Shown here: positions 13,413-16,951 of the stretch, piece by piece
How the letters are laid out: every line of letters starts with the position of its first letter
How positions within the stretch are numbered: the first letter of the stretch is position 1
Assembly: GCA_016874675.1 (NCBI GenBank)
Contig: VGTL01000071.1
Location: 1 to 16,951, forward strand
Source of the DNA: Methanobacteriota archaeon
Lineage (GTDB): Archaea > Thermoplasmatota > DTKX01 > VGTL01
Reading direction: 5' to 3'
DNA: 16,951 bases
Translations under genes and position numbers: made by a program
The notes under the pieces: generated by a model
What the model was told of the DNA's origin: nothing
The model's input: only the letters and a program-made list of their open reading frames with translations
The model's database searches: none

Positions 13413-15161
13413 TTGGCCACCCAGTGCCCGAAGTGCGGGGAGCGCATCCTGTTCCAGATGGAGCGCTGCCCCCGCTGCCAATCGCCGGCGGACCAACGGC
13501 CGCCGGAGGCGACGGACAACTACTTCGGCATGGGCCGCCGGGACCGCGCGAGGGACCGCACGGACGCGGGCGACCGGAGCGCCGGGCGGTCCGAGCGCGC
13601 CTCGCTCGAGGGGGAGTTGAAGGGCGGGACGGCGGACACGGGCCGCAACGTCGTGCGCTCCGAGCTCGACGGCTTCGTCAAGGGGCCGGACGGCTACCGG
13701 CCCGGCCCGGCCGCGCCGCCGGCGCCGGCGCCCACCCCGACCTACCACCAGCCGGCGGCCTACCGGAACCCCTATCTCGACCGGGCCAACCTGCCCGACC
13801 CGAGGGCGCAGTTCATGCCCCCGGCCCGGCCCCAGGAGCCCCTGCCGGGCACGACGCCCAGGCCACCGATGCAGGGCCCGATACCGAACCAGCCCTACCA
13901 GGGCGAGCGCGTGGGGCAGGCCGCCCCCGGGACGTTCGAGCGCATCGGCCTGGGCGCCGCGGGCTTCGCCACGGCCGAGTTCGTCCTCGACAACCGGTTG
14001 CCCGAGCTGGGCGAGGCGGACCAGGTGGCGTTCGATGCGCTGGGCATAGACATGAGGAGGCAGAAGAGCACGTTCTGCGAGAACGCCCAGGAGTGGACCG
14101 AGAGGCTGAGGGGCGGCGAGGAGATCCCGCCGGCGATACGGCAGGCCATAATCCAAAACGCCCGCGACGACCCGCATTTCCTGGGCGTGTTCCTGCCCGC
14201 GCAGGGGCTCTTCGTCAACGGAGCGGCCTTCCGCGACCCGATGGGCTCCGACAAGCCGCGGGTCGTCTCAACGGCCGTGCACGAGAAGATAGGCCACGGG
14301 TTCTGCAACACCTTCACGATGAAGGGCGACGAGGAGACGCGCGCCGGAAGCGCGCTCTTCCGCCTGGCCTCGACGTTCGGCCTCAAGCAGATCGACGAGC
14401 CCATGTACCCGCTCTGGTACCAGAAGAAGCAAATCTCCCTGCGCTCGTCCTTCTTCCTCGAGGAGGGGTTCGCCTCGTGGGTCCAGTACCACGTGATGCG
14501 ACTGATGGGGGCCCGCCACCCGGGCGCGGGCTACGACCGGGTGCCCACGCACGAGACGACCCCGGAGCGCCTGCTCGGGGACATCCAGGGGGCGGAGCAG
14601 AGGCTGGCCGGCGCGCCGATTGCCTACCGGACCCTGGAGGAGTACCTGGCCCGCTGGCTGAACAACGAGGCGGAGCGCCTGCGCGAGGAGGGCCTGCTGG
14701 AGTTCAGGGGAACGCGCCTGGAGACGGTCGACCAGGTGATGCGGCTGGCGCGCCAGTGCCTGGGCAGCCTGCTCTCCGACGGGAAACTGGGCCCATCCCG
14801 GGCCCAGGGCATGATGATGGCTCTGGAGGCCGCCGACCGCCTGTCGGACGTGCACCAGGCCGGCCTCCAGCTCCGCTACGAGGGCGGCTTCCTGATGATG
14901 GAGAGGCTCCGGGCCCTCTTCGGCGAGCGCTGCGTCCCGGCCGCGGTGCGCATCGCCGGCAACGTGCGCTACAACCTGGCGGCCGTTTCGGTGGATGACC
15001 TGACCAAGGCGGTCTCCGATCCGAACTACAACACCGACTGCCGGCTGGCGGCGATGCTCAGGCTCCCGGCGGCCGCAGCGCCCCGAAACGACGCAAGGCA
15101 GTTCGCAGGACTGGTGAACGAGAGGCTGGGCTACTCCGTCCCGGAGGGACTGGGAAACTAG
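13413..15161 (+). CDS. N-terminal zinc-ribbon protein with Pro-rich linker and uncharacterised ~380-aa C-terminal domain (contains HEKIGHG)
   Basis: The only possible start is a TTG at 13413, 4 codons after the upstream TGA and in the same frame, with a gagggggcgg SD. The zinc ribbon reads CPKCGERILFQMERCPRCQ. A P/A/Q-rich segment follows. The C-terminal domain carries VHEKIGHGFCN and EEGFASWVQYHV, a possible metal site. The family is not recognised. Confidence 0.7.
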   Translation: MATQCPKCGERILFQMERCPRCQSPADQRPPEATDNYFGMGRRDRARDRTDAGDRSAGRSERASLEGELKGGTADTGRNVVRSELDGFVKGPDGYRPGPAAPPAPAPTPTYHQPAAYRNPYLDRANLPDPRAQFMPPARPQEPLPGTTPRPPMQGPIPNQPYQGERVGQAAPGTFERIGLGAAGFATAEFVLDNRLPELGEADQVAFDALGIDMRRQKSTFCENAQEWTERLRGGEEIPPAIRQAIIQNARDDPHFLGVFLPAQGLFVNGAAFRDPMGSDKPRVVSTAVHEKIGHGFCNTFTMKGDEETRAGSALFRLASTFGLKQIDEPMYPLWYQKKQISLRSSFFLEEGFASWVQYHVMRLMGARHPGAGYDRVPTHETTPERLLGDIQGAEQRLAGAPIAYRTLEEYLARWLNNEAERLREEGLLEFRGTRLETVDQVMRLARQCLGSLLSDGKLGPSRAQGMMMALEAADRLSDVHQAGLQLRYEGGFLMMERLRALFGERCVPAAVRIAGNVRYNLAAVSVDDLTKAVSDPNYNTDCRLAAMLRLPAAAAPRNDARQFAGLVNERLGYSVPEGLGN

Positions 15162-15172
15162 AGGTCAGCAAG

Positions 15173-16627
15173 ATGCCGACGAACTTTTGCCCCGAGTGCG
15201 GCACCAGGGCGGTGCCGGGCCAGAAGTTCTGCGGGGAGTGCGGCGCCCGATTCTCGGGGGGGGACGCCCCTGCCGAGACCGACGCGGGGGCCGGCGCCCC
15301 GATCGCCGCGGTCCGCTCCGGGCTCTCCCCGGACGCCCCGCTGAAGGACTCGGTGGTCAGCCGCTCCACGGTCCGGGCCGGCGGCGCGATAGAGGGCTCG
15401 GCGATAGGCCGCTCCAACGTGAGGACGCAGTCTGCGGGCATCCGGGACACGGTGATCTCACACAGCACCATAACCCAGACGGAGACCCACCAGCACTTCG
15501 GCGAGTCGGTAGGCACGTACGATGCGCAGATGGACCTCGGCAAGACCGCCTACGAGGGGAACAACTGGCAGGAGGCGGTGGAGTTCTTCAACACCGCCCT
15601 CAAGATAGACGCCCGGGGCCACGCGCCCTGGTACTACAAGGGCCTCTCCTGCGCCGAACTGGGGCGGACGGACGAGGCCGTGACCAACCTGCGCCGGGCC
15701 CTCAAGCTGGCCGGCAAGGGTTGCCCCGGCCTGCTCGGCGAGGTGCGGGCCCTCGCCGAGAGGCTCGCCAAGCGGGGGGGGTTGCAGGAGGGCTCCGCCA
15801 ACGAGCTCGTCGCCAGGGCCAACGCCGAGCGCGCCCGGTCGGCCAACTACCAGGCGCAGGCCTCGTCCGGCAAGGAGCGGGGGCTCGCCCAGGCCCTGGC
15901 GCTGGACCTTCTGGTCATCCCCGGCCTGGGCTCGTCGATGAGGACCACCAAGGCCGTCGAGGGCCTCGAGAAGCGCCAGGCCGCCGACAAGCACGAGACC
16001 GAGGGGCGAAGGCTCGAGGAGCAGGCCAGGGGCCACGCCTCGGAGGCGGTCCGGCTCTACAACGCGTCCATCCGGCTCTGCAGCCTCGTTTTGGAGTTCG
16101 AAAAGCAAGACGAGTACAGCCTGCTCAAGCGCGGCGAGCTCTATTACCGGTTGAGGTTCTACGACGACGCCTGCAAGAGCTACGAGGAGCTGCTCGGGTT
16201 CTCCCCGGGCCACCCCGACGCGATCAAGATGAGGGCGATGTGCTTCAACGCCCTGGGCAAGCGCGCCCCGCCCCTGCCCAGCCTCGCCGAGCCACCCCAG
16301 CCCGAGGCGCCCCCTTCCGGCGGACGGCCCGGCCCCCTGATACCCCAACCGCTCCCGGCGGTCCACCGGACGGAGCCGGCGCCACCAGCGGCCGCTCCCG
16401 ACCAGCAACACGCGCAGGCGCCGACCCGTCCGGCGCCGGCTGCCATGGTGGCTTCACAGGCAATCCACGGCGCCCCCCAGTCACCGGTGACCGGCGCCGC
16501 CCCGCCCGCCCAGCCCCAAAACATCAACCCCTGCCCGTTCTGCAGGGGCGAGATGACGTTCGTGCGCTCTAAGGGGGTGTGGCAGTGTTCCTCCTGCAGG
16601 CAGTACAGCGCCAGACCGGCGCATTGA
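15173..16627 (+). CDS. zinc ribbon - TPR repeats - Pro-rich linker - zinc ribbon protein
   Basis: The ATG at 15173 lies 11 nt after the upstream stop, with a gaggt SD. The N-terminal ribbon is CPECGTRAVPGQKFCGECG. TPR-like helices follow (NWQEAVEFFNTALKIDARGHAPWYYKGLSCAELGRTDEAVTNLRRALKLA, and later YSLLKRGELYYRLRFYDDACKSYEELL). The C-terminal ribbon is CPFCRGEMTFVRSKGVWQCSSCRQ. Confidence 0.75.
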   Translation: MPTNFCPECGTRAVPGQKFCGECGARFSGGDAPAETDAGAGAPIAAVRSGLSPDAPLKDSVVSRSTVRAGGAIEGSAIGRSNVRTQSAGIRDTVISHSTITQTETHQHFGESVGTYDAQMDLGKTAYEGNNWQEAVEFFNTALKIDARGHAPWYYKGLSCAELGRTDEAVTNLRRALKLAGKGCPGLLGEVRALAERLAKRGGLQEGSANELVARANAERARSANYQAQASSGKERGLAQALALDLLVIPGLGSSMRTTKAVEGLEKRQAADKHETEGRRLEEQARGHASEAVRLYNASIRLCSLVLEFEKQDEYSLLKRGELYYRLRFYDDACKSYEELLGFSPGHPDAIKMRAMCFNALGKRAPPLPSLAEPPQPEAPPSGGRPGPLIPQPLPAVHRTEPAPPAAAPDQQHAQAPTRPAPAAMVASQAIHGAPQSPVTGAAPPAQPQNINPCPFCRGEMTFVRSKGVWQCSSCRQYSARPAH

Positions 16628-16648
16628 GGCCCCGTTCCCGCAAGGGAC

Positions 16649-16663
16649 AGGTTTATTATTTTA
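16649..16663 (+). promoter_or_regulatory. T-rich tract (gtttattattttaaa): terminator for the upstream gene and/or TATA box for the next
   Basis: It is the only A/T island in the 95-bp gap between 16627 and 16722. Confidence 0.3.
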
Positions 16664-16721
16664 AAGGTGGATTATACCCCCGCGACCCAGGGAAGGAATC
16701 CAACCGGAAGGATGTGATGAT

Positions 16722-16951
16722 ATGCCGATCTGCCAGTATTGTGGAGCCCCGATGGAAGGAATAGTCTGCCCGAGGTGCGGGGGCCAGGCCACGCCCGCTC
16801 CGGCCTCCAGCCCGCCGCCCGCATACGGCCAGGCGCCCTACGCGCCGCAGTACCCGCCGCAGCAGGCCCCGCCGCAGTACCCGCCCCAGCAGGCCCCGCC
16901 GCAGTACCCGCCGCAGCAGGCCCCGCCGCGGTACCCGCCCCAGCAGGTCCC
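16722..16951 (+). CDS. zinc-ribbon protein with tandem QYPPQQAPP repeats (3' partial; runs off the window)
   Basis: An ATG at 16722 opens with MPICQYCGAPMEGIVCPRCGG, then a Pro-rich stretch, then at least three and a half 27-nt repeats in frame. There is no stop before the window end. Confidence 0.55.
   Translation, partial: MPICQYCGAPMEGIVCPRCGGQATPAPASSPPPAYGQAPYAPQYPPQQAPPQYPPQQAPPQYPPQQAPPRYPPQQV
16848..16951 (+). repeat. 27-bp tandem repeat cagtacccgcc(g/c)cagcaggccccgccg (at least 3.8 copies, truncated by the window edge)
   Basis: Copies lie at 16848-16874, 16875-16901 and 16902-16928, with a partial copy at 16929 onward. Each encodes QYPPQQAPP. Confidence 0.85.

Noticed and set aside
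11610-14998. 855-aa minus ORF and 1045-aa plus ORF (11861..14998) overlapping the SPFH and ribbon genes
   Set aside because: Both translate to Arg/Gly/Pro-dominated strings. The chosen frames give SPFH-like, zinc-ribbon and mixed-composition globular sequence with SD-preceded starts.
15187-16572. 461-aa plus ORF and 317-aa minus ORF overlapping the TPR gene
   Set aside because: These are off-frame and antisense shadows with R/G/P-rich products. The 15173..16627 frame has recognisable TPR helices and zinc ribbons.

Overview
This 16,951-bp window is high-GC (roughly 65%) and looks archaeal. A/T-rich TATA-like boxes sit 25-45 nt upstream of several start codons, GGAGG-like Shine-Dalgarno motifs precede most starts, one gene ends in an oligo-T tract, and the real reading frames show a strong GC3 bias. 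GTG and TTG starts occur. Gene content, left to right, is as follows. (1) An IS200/IS605-family tnpA on the minus strand, with a small SD-equipped ORF upstream of it and a structured GC-rich region at its 3' side. (2) A protein built from two tandem HNH-nuclease modules, the second degenerate. (3) A 1716-aa secreted surface protein: signal peptide, FG-GAP-like repeats, five ~100-aa Ig-like repeats, six FN3/purple-acid-phosphatase-N-like repeats, one TM helix, and a cytoplasmic tail carrying two CPxC..CPGCG zinc ribbons. (4) thiD on the minus strand, with its 3' end overlapping the giant gene's end. (5) A DUF116-like/TM/Ig-like (CARDB-like) fusion gene. (6) A V4R-domain gene. (7) A thioredoxin with a CPNC motif, minus strand. 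(8) A tightly packed, same-strand five-gene array from 11377 to the window end. It encodes a small helical protein, an SPFH/Band-7 protein with a C-terminal zinc ribbon (COG4260, YdjI-like), and three more zinc-ribbon proteins: one with an unknown ~380-aa domain, one TPR protein with zinc ribbons at both termini, and one with QYPPQQAPP repeats. Three successive intergenic regions (8345-8540, 10001-10176, 10733-10897) carry related large imperfect palindromes whose arms are tandem octamer repeats. I found no rRNA, tRNA or CRISPR array. Many long ORFs in the track are antisense or off-frame shadows of GC-rich genes and are rejected.
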